This document shows, piece by piece, positions 37,435-48,108 of a stretch of DNA of 64,000 nucleotides (position 1 is the first letter of the stretch; every line of letters begins with the position of its first letter). Source of the DNA: a virus; IMG/VR virus record IMGVR_UViG_3300006139_000001. One strand, given 5' to 3'. The position numbers were made by a program, and so were the translations under genes. The notes under the pieces were generated by a model. It saw nothing but the letters and a program-made list of their open reading frames with translations, was not told the origin of the DNA and did not search any database.

Positions 37435-39360
37435 ATGTCTGATTTTAGTGCGAAGATTAGAGCCATATTAGATACTAAGGATGTTCCACGTCAACTGAAA
37501 AGTATAGAGAAAAATGTTATTACATTAAAGCATTTTAAATTAGATACATCTGGTTTACCTTCAGAAATTCAGGCTTCATTAGATAAACATAAATTTAAGA
37601 TAAGTCTTGATGGCATCAAGATGAGTAATGTTGATAGCCAAATGAAGAATGCTGGCAACAAAGCTGGTCAAGCATTTTCTCAGTCTTTAGTAAATCGTAT
37701 TAATTCACAAATATCTAATGGCAATATTGAAGCATCTGTTGCTAAAGTAACCGCACAATATGAGAAACTTGGTGCAACGGGTCACTCTAAACTTTCTGAA
37801 ATCAAAAAGGATATTCAGGAATTAACTACTTTGCAAAGCGCTATGAGTAGTGCAAAAGATAGCACAACTCTTGTTACAAATTATGAGCGGTTTAATAACA
37901 CGTTATCTAGGGTTAAAAATAACCTTACAACTGTTTCCGCTGAAAGTAAAACATTTGTAAGTACTTTGCAAATATCAACGCTTGATAACAAAATTGCAGC
38001 ATGGATGGAAAACAACTCTAAGGCATCTCGTGATTTTGGTGCAAGCATTGATAATCTTCGCAGCAGATTAGCCTCTTTAGATGCTTCTGGAACAGCAACT
38101 ACATCCCAATTAAACGCAATCGAGCAAGAGTTTAATGAGGTTAGACAGGCTGCGATTGCAACAGGACAAGTTGGTTCGTCAGTTGGTTCTCAGTTACAGG
38201 GTGCTTTCCAAAGTATTTTAAGATATGTTTCTGTATCAACGGTCATCTATCAATCAATTAGCGCATTTAAACAAATGTATCAGAATGTGTACGATATTGA
38301 TGTAGAAATGACGGAGCTAAAGAAGGTTACTAATGAAACTGCTGAATCATATAGTAGATTTTTAAAGAATGCTGGTTCTGCTTCAAAAGAAATTGGAACT
38401 ACAATTAAAGACCTTGTTAGCTCAACTGCTGACTTTGCAAGACTTGGATATTCCTTTGCTGATTCACAGGAGCTTGCCAAGGTAGCAAATATATACTCCG
38501 TTGTCGGTGATGAAATTGATAGCATTGATACTGCTACAAAAAGTCTAATTTCAACCATGACAGCATTTAATTCGCAAATGGGTTCTATGAGTCAAGGCGA
38601 ATTTGCAATGTCAATCATTGATAAATTCAATGAAATCGGTAACAACTTTGCTATTTCCTCTGGTGGTATTGGTGATGCTTTAGAGCGTTCCGCATCTTCT
38701 CTTGCCGCTGCTAATAACACCTTAGACCAGTCTATTGCTCTTATTACTGCTGCTAATACAGTTGTTCAAGACCCAGACCAGGTTGGTACTGCATTTAAAA
38801 CAATTTCAATGCGTATTCGTGGAGCAAAGACTGAACTTGAAGAAGCCGGACTTGAAACCGAAGGAATGGCTGAATCAACAGCAAAACTCCGTGAAGAAAT
38901 TATGGCTCTATCTGGTGTCGATATTATGCTTGATGAAAATACATTCAAAAGCACATATGACATTATGGATGAGCTTTCAGCAAAATGGCAAGACCTTACA
39001 GACATTCAACAGGCTTCAATTACGGAGCTTATTGCAGGTAAGCGTCAAGGCAATATTGTTTCTTCACTTATGGAGAATTTTGATATTGCACGAGAAGCAT
39101 TAAAAGATTCTGAAAACGCTGCCGGTTCGGCTATGGCTGAACATGGAAAATGGATGGAATCTCTTGAAGCAAAGGTCAAGCAGTTTACCGCAGCTTGGGA
39201 GGAACTGTCTCAGGTGTTTATGGATGACTCTTTCTTAAAGGGTCTTGTAGATACTGGAACAGGAGTTCTAAGTACCTTAACTAAAATAATTGATAAATTT
39301 GGAACATTGCCAACATTGCTTACCGTTGTAGCAGGTGCAATGTCATTTAAAAACGTGGGT
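37435..39360 (+). CDS. Tape measure protein, exon 1 (642 codons)
   Basis: TP901-type core (ELKKVT...FARLGYS...GTAFKTISMRI...IAGKRQ); ends at predicted 5' splice site GTGGGT|. Confidence 0.88.
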
Positions 39361-39769
39361 GAACTAATTAATCAGTTCCAATTTCTAATTATACTAAGAA
39401 TTGAATATGCTCACGAAACCTTAACTAATGGTAACATGAACGAGGTTATGCGTATGCTCGTAGCATAGCTAAGAGGGGTTTTAGAAAAATAGGATAAACT
39501 GATATAAGTTACGATTCTTATATCAATAGACTGGGACGATAGATGTGTAAAACCGTATATAACAACACGTCTTATCTATCAGCAGCCATTACCTAAATTG
39601 CGAGATTAGGTAGGTTCAGAGGACATAAACCTACATGGTGAAAATCATGAATGTATGTTGCAAACTGTACTCGGCAACGGTATAAGCCGAGGTAAAAATC
39701 AAACTGGTGGCTAACCAGTGTATAGAAAATAGTAGGTCTACTAACCTTTATTGCTTGAATAAAAAAGTA

Positions 39770-40234
39770 TTATTCCCCATCACATATATACTCATAATTA
39801 TTCACAATATCTGTGTATAATTTTTGAACGGATTCTTTTTGTACATCTAAGTTAATTGTAGTTAATAAATAATTTGTAGATGCGATATTTACTTGCATTT
39901 TTATAGCAAGTTCTTTACTATCATCAGATTCCATATTATCTATCAATGACTGCATTTCATTGGAAATATTTAAAGATAGTTTGTATTCATTATAATAATC
40001 CAATGAATGAGAAAAATTATCCGTAATCTCATGATTATATAGTGATATGATGTTTCTATAAAATTCACAGTAATAGTCTGTATAATTTTTTATTTCATCA
40101 TTGAATTGAAATGTTTCATTTATATCATACTTTGAGAATGTTAGTTTAATAGTTTTTTCTGACTCACTACATCCAGAAATGATAATAACGATTGCGAATA
40201 TAAAGATAAATATTGCTATTGTTTTCTTTTTCAT
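39770..40234 (-). CDS. Intron-nested antisense lipoprotein
   Basis: MKKK + hydrophobic stretch + ISGC lipobox; GGAG RBS; very AT-rich. Confidence 0.85.
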   Translation of the reverse strand: MKKKTIAIFIFIFAIVIIISGCSESEKTIKLTFSKYDINETFQFNDEIKNYTDYYCEFYRNIISLYNHEITDNFSHSLDYYNEYKLSLNISNEMQSLIDNMESDDSKELAIKMQVNIASTNYLLTTINLDVQKESVQKLYTDIVNNYEYICDGE

Positions 40235-40259
40235 ATAGAAACATCTCCATTTTTCTTTT

Positions 40260-40288
40260 ATTATATCATATTAATGATGTTTTGTCAA
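40260..40288 (-). promoter_or_regulatory. sigma70/sigmaA promoter for the nested lipoprotein
   Basis: TTGACA-17-TATAAT with extended -10 TG. Confidence 0.9.
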
Positions 40289-40342
40289 TAGTTTTTCTGT
40301 TTTACTACTTGATGATTTTCAAGCAATCATCATTTCAGTTTG

Positions 40343-43300
40343 ATATTCACGAAAATTGAAACAGAAGGAAATACATTTGTTCAAAACCTAAGAAATACAT
40401 TATTATCTGGTTTTAATGGCATTTTTGCATCTTTGAAGTCACAAAACTTTTCTTTTACATCTACATTTTCAACCATATTAGAAAATGACAGAGCGGCATT
40501 ATTGGCATACAGAGAAGCAATTAATAACAATGTTCCGGCGGCGGAAGCATTTAACCAAACAATGATGGGGGCATCTGTTGCTGCACAAGAATTCGCAAAA
40601 AATAATACTGTTAATATTTTAGGGATTCAAAACTTTACAAAAGCGCAAAAAGAAGCCGCTGTTGCTGCAATGGCACAGAACAAGTCGTTTTCATCTTGTA
40701 AAACACTTATCCAGGAATATAGTACTGGTTGTAAGAACTGCGGATTGTCACAAGAACAATTTGTTGCTGCAATAGACAGGTCTAATCCTGCGCTTGCAAG
40801 ATATTTAGCCGGTCTAAATGGTGCAAAAGGTTCATTAGGTGGATATATTCTTTCGTTAGCTAAATCAAAAATTGCTACTATTGCTTTACAAGCAGCAACA
40901 ATAGCATTAAATATGGCTTTAACGATGGGAATTTCGTTGGCTATACAAGCTGTTGTTACTGGATTAAACAATCTAATACATTCTGCAAAGAACGCTTCTG
41001 AGGCGGCAGACGATTTGAAATCTAAGTCGTTAGAAGAAGCAAAGGCAATGCAGGACGAAGTTGCACAATTAGATGAACTGATTGAAAAATATAAAGAATT
41101 AGCAAACAAGGATGTTCAAGATAGTTCTACACGAAATGAAATAAGAGATGTGCAAAGTCAGATTGTTGATTTGGTTGGTCAACAAGCGAACAATCTTGAT
41201 TTGGTCAATGGTAAACTTGATGATGAACTTGATAAGTTATTACAAATCCAAAAGCAAGAAGCTGATAAAGCTGTAGAAAGTGCCACAAATTCATATCACA
41301 CTGCACAAGATTCACAAAATAAAGCTATAGGACAAGATTCTGCTTTATGGATTGATGGCTATGCTTATGTAAGTGATAGCTGGTGGGACAATGAAGATGA
41401 TGTAATTAAAATTCTTCAAGATAATGGTTTTTCAAGTAATGTCCAAAAAGGCGGAGTATTTAACTCTCATACCTTCGTAATGGACAATATGGATGAAGAT
41501 ATGCAATTGCTTGAAGGCGCTGCTGAAAAAGCCGAACTTCTCCAAAGAATGATTGATACCATTAAAGATAATTACACTGATTATGCATCAAGTGATATTT
41601 ATAATGCGCTTATTGACCAAAGAGATGTTTATTTAGAATATGTTGATGATGTTAATGCGGCTGCAAAAGCTCTTGCCAATGCTGTAATTGTATCATCTTC
41701 TTATGATAGTGACCTTTCAAAGATTGGTGTTGACTCTGCGGAAACATTTGGTCAATATAGAGATAAACTTATTGAGATTGTAAAGAATAGTCCGGATTTG
41801 TCCGAAGCATTAGCTGATGGAAGTTTATCTAATGAAGATATCGAACAGCAAGTAACTGATTATTTATCTACATTAGATAATTTCTCTGATTATTATACTG
41901 AATGGTACAATACTGTTGTAAAAAAGCAAAAAGTATTAGAATCATTTGACCCATTAGAGGGTGCTGCCGGTGCGTTATCGCCAGAACAATCCGATGCTTA
42001 TGATAAAGTTAAAGAACAATTAGATTCATTATCAGAAGAAGAATTAGAAATAGCATATAAGCTCATAGGAACTACAGACTTTAGTACTTTTGAAGAATTA
42101 GAAGAAGCCATTCGTACATATCAACCTGAAAACACTATTAGTTTTTCTCAGTTGATAAACAATGAAAGTTTTTCTACTACTGTTGATGATTATATAAACA
42201 AAGTTACCACATTACAAGATGCGCTTGCTAAGTTTAATGATGGCACATTGGAAAATTCAGATATTGTGGAACTTATTAGAAGTTTCCCAGAATTAGCAGG
42301 TGAAACAGATAATCTTGGTGAAGCAATCCAGAATATTATTATTGATTTAACTGGCGGAGAAGATGAGCTTGGCGACTTTACTGGAATATATAAAGTATTT
42401 CAAAGTCAATTCAATAAGTTAGATACTGACGAAGATAGAGCGCAATTACAAGCGTTTATGGACACAGTTCTTAAACTTGGCAAAGTTGTTGGCAGTACTG
42501 AGTTTGCGATAGATATTGAAACAGAAACAAACGGTATGGAGAACTTGTGGACTGCGATGAAGGAGTCTGTATCTTCTACTGGTTTAACTGCCGAATCTAT
42601 CAAAAATCTGAAGGCTCGTTATCAAGACCTTGAAAATTATGATGCTGCTCGTTTGTTTGAGAAAACGGCAAATGGTATTCATCTTAACACTAAAGCTCTA
42701 CGTGAACTTGAATCTGAATACGAAAAGCAGACGAAAACTGATATTGATGAAACTTTAGATTCTTTAATTGAACAGTATAATGACTTAACCGAACAAATCA
42801 ATAATGCAAGTGATACTGCTTCTACAGCAGAATTATATGCAAAGAGAAATGATATTCTTAACCAAATCAATGATACCGCAGAACTTGCTTCGATGTATGA
42901 TGGTCTTACTTCTGCTTTCAAACGATGGGAACAAGCTCAGTCTATTGGCGAAGAAGGAGATATGTATGATAGCCTTACTGGTGGTCTTGAACATATCAAG
43001 GAACTTTACGATGAAGGCTTAATAGGGACTAATGAATTCAGAGCGGCTGTTCAGTTGATGAGCAATGAAGATTTATCAACTGCAAACATTGATGAACTTA
43101 TCGCAGCATATGAAAATGGCTACGGAGTAATGACAAGATACTTCCAAGATAGTTCAGATGGATGCATAAATTTCTTGCGTGATGTTCAAAGTTTAAATTC
43201 TGAATGGGCGCACATGAACGAAGATGGGTCTTGGGAGATTAATTTTGGAGTTGGCAGTGACCAAGAAGTTGCAGATGCTTTAGGAATCAATGTTGAGTCC

Positions 43301-46300
43301 GTACAAGCTATCATGCGGAAATTGTCTGATTATGGTTTTGATATTAACCTGGATTCTATTTTTAGCCAGTTAGACAATTTACAGAGTCGTGCCGAGCAAG
43401 CTAACCAAGCACTTATTGAAATTGGTGCTACAGATATTACATTTAATTTTGGAACAGATGATATTGATTATTTAAACGAACAGATTGAGCAATCAAAAAC
43501 CTTGATTAATAGTTTATATAACAATGATGGAGAATTAAATGTAAAATACAATGAAGATGATGTTGAAAATGCTATTGCTGTTATTGAAAGATTAATCTAT
43601 CGCAAGCAGTCTCTTGATGATGCTGCTATTTTGAAGGTTGATACTTCTACAGCAGATAGTGATGTTAGTAATATTATCTCAAAATTACAAGAATTTAAAT
43701 CATCCTATAATAATCTCGAAGTCCAAACAGCTATTGGTGCTGATACAACCGAAGCGAAAACAGCTTGTGATGGATTACTTACTGAGATTTCTGGTATGGA
43801 TGCTGAAATTCTTGCAACACTTGGCATTGATACAACCTCATTAGACACATTAAATTCAACGGTTAATGCTATTGAGCCAGAGGTTATGGTCAAAGCGGGA
43901 CTTGATGCATCTCTTATTGAGGGTTATCAAGCAGCCGAGCATAATGCTGAAGGTACAGTTATTTGGGATAATAATATTGACAAAGTTACTTCGTGGATTA
44001 ACCAATCTCATACTGCTAAAGCTGTAGTAAATTGGGAGAATAATACACGAAATGTTAAAACTTATTTCTCTGCAACAGGAGTAATTAACTGGGCTAACAA
44101 TGGTGTTAGGGGCAGGGCACAAGGAACTGCTTATTCTAGTGGTAATTGGGGTACAAAAGACAGCGGTGTTGCTTTAGGTGGAGAAATCGGTCAAGAACTC
44201 GTTGTAAGAAATGGCAAATTCTTCACTATTGGAGATGATGGAGCTGAATTCTTTAACTATAAGAAAGGCGACATTGTTTTTAATGCTGAACAAACACGAC
44301 AAATACTTCAAAATGGTAAAATTACCAATGGTAAAAAACGTGGTGTTTCTTATGCTGAAGGCACTGCATTTTCATCTGGTTCTGGTAAAATCACAGGAAG
44401 TGGGAAAGTAATAACCACTCCATCTGGAAATGGAAAGAGTAATGGAAGTTCTGGTAGTGATAGTTCTTCTCAAAAGGAAAATGAGCCAGAAGTAATTGAT
44501 TGGATTGAAGTTGCTATTGACCGTATTGAACGTGCAATTAATAGGTTAAAAACTACAGCAGAAAGCACATATAAATCTCTGAAAACCAAATTAGGTGCTA
44601 CGGCAGATGAAATTACAAAGGTTAATAATGAACTTAGTTTGCAGAGCAAAGCATATGACCGCTATATTCAACAAGCCAATTCTGTTGGTTTATCATCTGA
44701 TTTAGCTGCGAAAGTTCAAGATGGTACGATTGATATTTCAGAATATGATAAAGACACTGCTGCCTTAATTAAAGATTATCAAGAATGGTATGAGAAAGCA
44801 CTTGATTGTTCTGATGCCATTCAGCAACTACATGAAAGTCTTGCTTCTTTGTATGAGGATAATTTTGATAATATTCAAACTGATTTTGATAATCAATTAT
44901 CATTGTTGGAGCATCTAACAAATACTTATGAATCCGGCATAGATATGTTGGAGGCTCGTGGTTATCTTGAAAGTACAAAGTACTACTCTGCCCTATCAGA
45001 TGTTGAAAAACAAAACGTATCTATACTTAATCAAGAACTTGCAAACTTACAACGTGCATTTTCTGAGGCGATGAACTCTGGCGAAATTGAAGAATATTCA
45101 GAAGCATGGTATTCGATGCAAACTGAGATTAATGGCGTTAAAGAAGCTATTGCTGATGCTAATGTCCAAATGGCTGAATATGCAAAAACTATGCGTGAAA
45201 TTGAGTGGAGTTATTTTGACTACACACAAGACCGTATTTCTCAGATAACGCAAGAAGCTGATTTCTTAATTGACCTTATGAGCAATTCAGACCTTTATGA
45301 TGATAGAGGTCAATTCAATAATGCCGGAACAGCTACAATGGGGCTTCACGCTCAAAACTATAACACACATATGGCACAAGCAGACCAATATGCACAAGAG
45401 ATTCTTGAACTTGATAAGCAAATTGCTGATGACCCATATAATACAGATTTGATTGAGCGCAGAGAAGAATTACTTGGTTTACAGCAAGATTCTATTTTAG
45501 CCGCAGAAGATGAAAAACAAGCCATTGTTGATATGGTGCGTGATGGTATTGAAATTGAACTTGAAGCACTAAAAGAACTAATAGATGCTTACACAGATGC
45601 TTTAGATAGTGCTAAAGACCTATACGACTACCAAAAGAAAGTTAAAGACCAAACATCTGAAATATCTTCTTTGCAAAAACAATTGGCTGCGTATGAAAAC
45701 GATACTTCCGAGGAAACACGGGCAACCGTGCAAAAGCTGAAGGTTAAGTTAGAAAATGCGCAGGAAGATTTGCAAGAGACTGAGTATGAGAAATATATTT
45801 CAGACCAAAAGGCTTTGCTTGACGAATTATATCTTGAATATGAAGAAATTCTAAACCAAAGACTTGACAATGTTGAGGCTCTTATTAGTGACATGATTGA
45901 TGTTGTTAATGAGAAAACAGATTCTATTAATCAAACTTTAGTAGAGACTGCGGACAGTGTTGGATATACAATGACTGATAATATGCAGCGTATTTGGGAT
46001 GGTTCGACTGGTGCGCTTGATGGAACTATTTCAAAATATGGGGATAGGTTTACAGAGCAATTTACAGCTATTCAAAGTGTATTGAGTTCAATTCAAGCTA
46101 ATACAGCAGCAATGATTTCAGAGAGCGATTCCGCAGCTAAATCAACTACTGATAACACATCTTCCACAACAACACCTGACGCAAGTGTAAAGACACCCGT
46201 ATCAACTCCTACCCCACCCGCTTCCACGCCAACACCAACAAAGACAATATCTATTGGTGGCAAAATTAATGCTGGAGGTGCGCCAATTTATGATTACGCT

Positions 46301-46867
46301 GGCGACAATACTGGTGAACATCAGTATTTTTCAAAAGACCCAATTTATACTGTTTTAAAAGAGCAAAAAGGGTATCTACAGGTTCGCTGGCATAAATTAA
46401 ATAGTGGAATTACTGGTTGGTTTAAGAAGTCTGATGTTAAGGCATATAAGACAGGTGGACTTGTTGATTATACTGGTTTAGCAAAGGTTGACGGTACGCC
46501 AGGTAAACCGGAGCTTATGCTCAATGCGGAAGATACGGCAAATTTCTTAGAATTAAGAGATGCTTTAAGAACAATGTCACAGCAACAATTGAGTATAGAT
46601 AATGCAACATATAGCATAAAACCTCCACAAGTCACAAATATTGCTGACATTGGAAAACTGTTGTCTAGATTTGATGCTCGTAGTATTGATACAGGAACAA
46701 CTATTACATTTGGTGATATAAAAATAGACCACGTTGAGGACTATAATGATTTCGTAACGCAATTGCGCAATGACCCCAAATTTGAAAAAATGGTTAAAGC
46801 AATGACTATAGATAGATTTTTTGGAAAAAGTTCATTAGCAAAATATAATTACGAATGGAAGAAGTAA
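40343..46867 (+). CDS. Tape measure protein, exon 2 (spliced product 2816 aa)
   Basis: Long helical/coiled-coil sequence, ALGGEIGQELVV and GGLVDYTG...PELML motifs; no RBS at the apparent TTG start. Confidence 0.88.
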   Translation: MFTKIETEGNTFVQNLRNTLLSGFNGIFASLKSQNFSFTSTFSTILENDRAALLAYREAINNNVPAAEAFNQTMMGASVAAQEFAKNNTVNILGIQNFTKAQKEAAVAAMAQNKSFSSCKTLIQEYSTGCKNCGLSQEQFVAAIDRSNPALARYLAGLNGAKGSLGGYILSLAKSKIATIALQAATIALNMALTMGISLAIQAVVTGLNNLIHSAKNASEAADDLKSKSLEEAKAMQDEVAQLDELIEKYKELANKDVQDSSTRNEIRDVQSQIVDLVGQQANNLDLVNGKLDDELDKLLQIQKQEADKAVESATNSYHTAQDSQNKAIGQDSALWIDGYAYVSDSWWDNEDDVIKILQDNGFSSNVQKGGVFNSHTFVMDNMDEDMQLLEGAAEKAELLQRMIDTIKDNYTDYASSDIYNALIDQRDVYLEYVDDVNAAAKALANAVIVSSSYDSDLSKIGVDSAETFGQYRDKLIEIVKNSPDLSEALADGSLSNEDIEQQVTDYLSTLDNFSDYYTEWYNTVVKKQKVLESFDPLEGAAGALSPEQSDAYDKVKEQLDSLSEEELEIAYKLIGTTDFSTFEELEEAIRTYQPENTISFSQLINNESFSTTVDDYINKVTTLQDALAKFNDGTLENSDIVELIRSFPELAGETDNLGEAIQNIIIDLTGGEDELGDFTGIYKVFQSQFNKLDTDEDRAQLQAFMDTVLKLGKVVGSTEFAIDIETETNGMENLWTAMKESVSSTGLTAESIKNLKARYQDLENYDAARLFEKTANGIHLNTKALRELESEYEKQTKTDIDETLDSLIEQYNDLTEQINNASDTASTAELYAKRNDILNQINDTAELASMYDGLTSAFKRWEQAQSIGEEGDMYDSLTGGLEHIKELYDEGLIGTNEFRAAVQLMSNEDLSTANIDELIAAYENGYGVMTRYFQDSSDGCINFLRDVQSLNSEWAHMNEDGSWEINFGVGSDQEVADALGINVESVQAIMRKLSDYGFDINLDSIFSQLDNLQSRAEQANQALIEIGATDITFNFGTDDIDYLNEQIEQSKTLINSLYNNDGELNVKYNEDDVENAIAVIERLIYRKQSLDDAAILKVDTSTADSDVSNIISKLQEFKSSYNNLEVQTAIGADTTEAKTACDGLLTEISGMDAEILATLGIDTTSLDTLNSTVNAIEPEVMVKAGLDASLIEGYQAAEHNAEGTVIWDNNIDKVTSWINQSHTAKAVVNWENNTRNVKTYFSATGVINWANNGVRGRAQGTAYSSGNWGTKDSGVALGGEIGQELVVRNGKFFTIGDDGAEFFNYKKGDIVFNAEQTRQILQNGKITNGKKRGVSYAEGTAFSSGSGKITGSGKVITTPSGNGKSNGSSGSDSSSQKENEPEVIDWIEVAIDRIERAINRLKTTAESTYKSLKTKLGATADEITKVNNELSLQSKAYDRYIQQANSVGLSSDLAAKVQDGTIDISEYDKDTAALIKDYQEWYEKALDCSDAIQQLHESLASLYEDNFDNIQTDFDNQLSLLEHLTNTYESGIDMLEARGYLESTKYYSALSDVEKQNVSILNQELANLQRAFSEAMNSGEIEEYSEAWYSMQTEINGVKEAIADANVQMAEYAKTMREIEWSYFDYTQDRISQITQEADFLIDLMSNSDLYDDRGQFNNAGTATMGLHAQNYNTHMAQADQYAQEILELDKQIADDPYNTDLIERREELLGLQQDSILAAEDEKQAIVDMVRDGIEIELEALKELIDAYTDALDSAKDLYDYQKKVKDQTSEISSLQKQLAAYENDTSEETRATVQKLKVKLENAQEDLQETEYEKYISDQKALLDELYLEYEEILNQRLDNVEALISDMIDVVNEKTDSINQTLVETADSVGYTMTDNMQRIWDGSTGALDGTISKYGDRFTEQFTAIQSVLSSIQANTAAMISESDSAAKSTTDNTSSTTTPDASVKTPVSTPTPPASTPTPTKTISIGGKINAGGAPIYDYAGDNTGEHQYFSKDPIYTVLKEQKGYLQVRWHKLNSGITGWFKKSDVKAYKTGGLVDYTGLAKVDGTPGKPELMLNAEDTANFLELRDALRTMSQQQLSIDNATYSIKPPQVTNIADIGKLLSRFDARSIDTGTTITFGDIKIDHVEDYNDFVTQLRNDPKFEKMVKAMTIDRFFGKSSLAKYNYEWKK

Positions 46868-46876
46868 TTATTGAAT

Positions 46877-46904
46877 GGAGAGATAGTTTCGGCTATCTCT
46901 CCTT
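46877..46904 (+). terminator. Hairpin / terminator
   Basis: GGAGAGATAGT-TTCG-GCTATCTCTCC. Confidence 0.65.
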
Positions 46905-46925
46905 CTATATTAATGGAGGTAGTAT

Positions 46926-47243
46926 ATGTGGAATGAGAAAAAAATTGCATTTCAGCAACGAAAAATTGAGGAATTAACGAAAGAGATTGAAAGTCTAAGA
47001 CAAGAAAATCTAACTCTAAGTACGCAATTAAATGAAAATAAAAATGAAGTTTTATTAAGAAAAAAAGCGTTAGATGATAAAGAAGCTCAATTAGATGAAA
47101 CAAGGAAAGTATATGAGTCAACAATTGCCGAACTTAGAATGTTGCAAAGCAAATATAACCAATGTATTAAAGACGCAAAAAAAGCAAAAGAAAAATACAT
47201 TGCTGAGATACAGAAACAATTAAAAAAAATTAGAAATCAATAA
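46926..47243 (+). CDS. Coiled-coil protein
   Basis: GGAGGT RBS, heptad pattern. Confidence 0.7.
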   Translation: MWNEKKIAFQQRKIEELTKEIESLRQENLTLSTQLNENKNEVLLRKKALDDKEAQLDETRKVYESTIAELRMLQSKYNQCIKDAKKAKEKYIAEIQKQLKKIRNQ

Positions 47244-47268
47244 TAAGGGAAGGAGGTTTCTGTTATAA

Positions 47269-48090
47269 ATGTATGCCATTGATTTTGAATATGATGGTCA
47301 ATATTTATCTGACTATGGATTCATTATTTGTGATTTTGATTATTCGTCTGGCGTAGTGTCTGCTAGTGCTGGTTCAAGAGTAATATTTAATAAAGTTTCA
47401 AGAAATAGCGGGAAACAATATAGTTTAACAAGCGCAAGATATGATGAATGTATTCAGACAACATTTGATATATGTAAAAATCCAGACTTATTTGAAAGCT
47501 ATGATGATAGAGAAATTACGAATGATGAATATAGGGATTTAATGAGATGGCTTAATCGCAGAGAGTTCCTTAAATTTCAGGTTTTTGATGACGATGAGGG
47601 TATGCGTGATACATGCTATTTTAATGTGAGTTTTAATGTTGAGAAACTAAAAATTGCAGAAAAATTATTCGGTTTAAGATTGACAATGGAAAGTGATAAG
47701 CCATTTGGGTATGGTCAAGAACAATCTGTATCATGGAATTTTGCAGATTCATCCGTTTCAAAAATTTTAAGTGATATATCTGATGAAATAGGATATATCT
47801 ATCCCAATATAACTATTACATGTGCTTCCAATGGAGATTTATCTTTATATAACGAGCTATTAAATTGTACGACAACAATTAGGAATTGTTTAGTTGGAGA
47901 AGTTATTACCATTGATGGCGATGCGCAGATTATATCAACTACATATAGCAATCATGATGTTGCAAATGATTTTAATTACGAATTTTTTAGAATTGGGAAC
48001 ACGATTGATAATAGAAATAATCGTATTTCCGTTTCAAAACCGTGTAGTTTGGTTATTAAATATACTCCAATTATAAAAGATACACCATAG
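47269..48090 (+). CDS. Distal tail protein (Dit-like)
   Basis: Position after TMP; DFEYDG..LSDYG start and DKPFGY motif. Confidence 0.7.
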   Translation: MYAIDFEYDGQYLSDYGFIICDFDYSSGVVSASAGSRVIFNKVSRNSGKQYSLTSARYDECIQTTFDICKNPDLFESYDDREITNDEYRDLMRWLNRREFLKFQVFDDDEGMRDTCYFNVSFNVEKLKIAEKLFGLRLTMESDKPFGYGQEQSVSWNFADSSVSKILSDISDEIGYIYPNITITCASNGDLSLYNELLNCTTTIRNCLVGEVITIDGDAQIISTTYSNHDVANDFNYEFFRIGNTIDNRNNRISVSKPCSLVIKYTPIIKDTP

Positions 48091-48108
48091 TAGAAAGGAG
48101 GGTTTGTT

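Larger units (their letters stand above)
39361..40342 (+). ncRNA. Group I intron in the tape measure gene (982 nt)
   Basis: P1 CGUGGGU/GCUCACG with terminal U-G; P10 GAAUAU/AUAUUC; Q-like AUCAGCAGCC; R-like GUUCAGAGGACAUA; P8 with GAAA loop; P9.0 AAACUG/CAGUUU; terminal G; removal restores the frame. Confidence 0.9.

Noticed and set aside
39770-40234. Homing endonuclease in the intron
   Set aside because: No LAGLIDADG, GIY-YIG or HNH motif; has a lipobox signal peptide and is antisense
40340-40342. TTG start of the 2175-aa ORF as an independent gene
   Set aside because: No RBS; the G is the predicted intron omega-G and splicing fuses it in frame to exon 1
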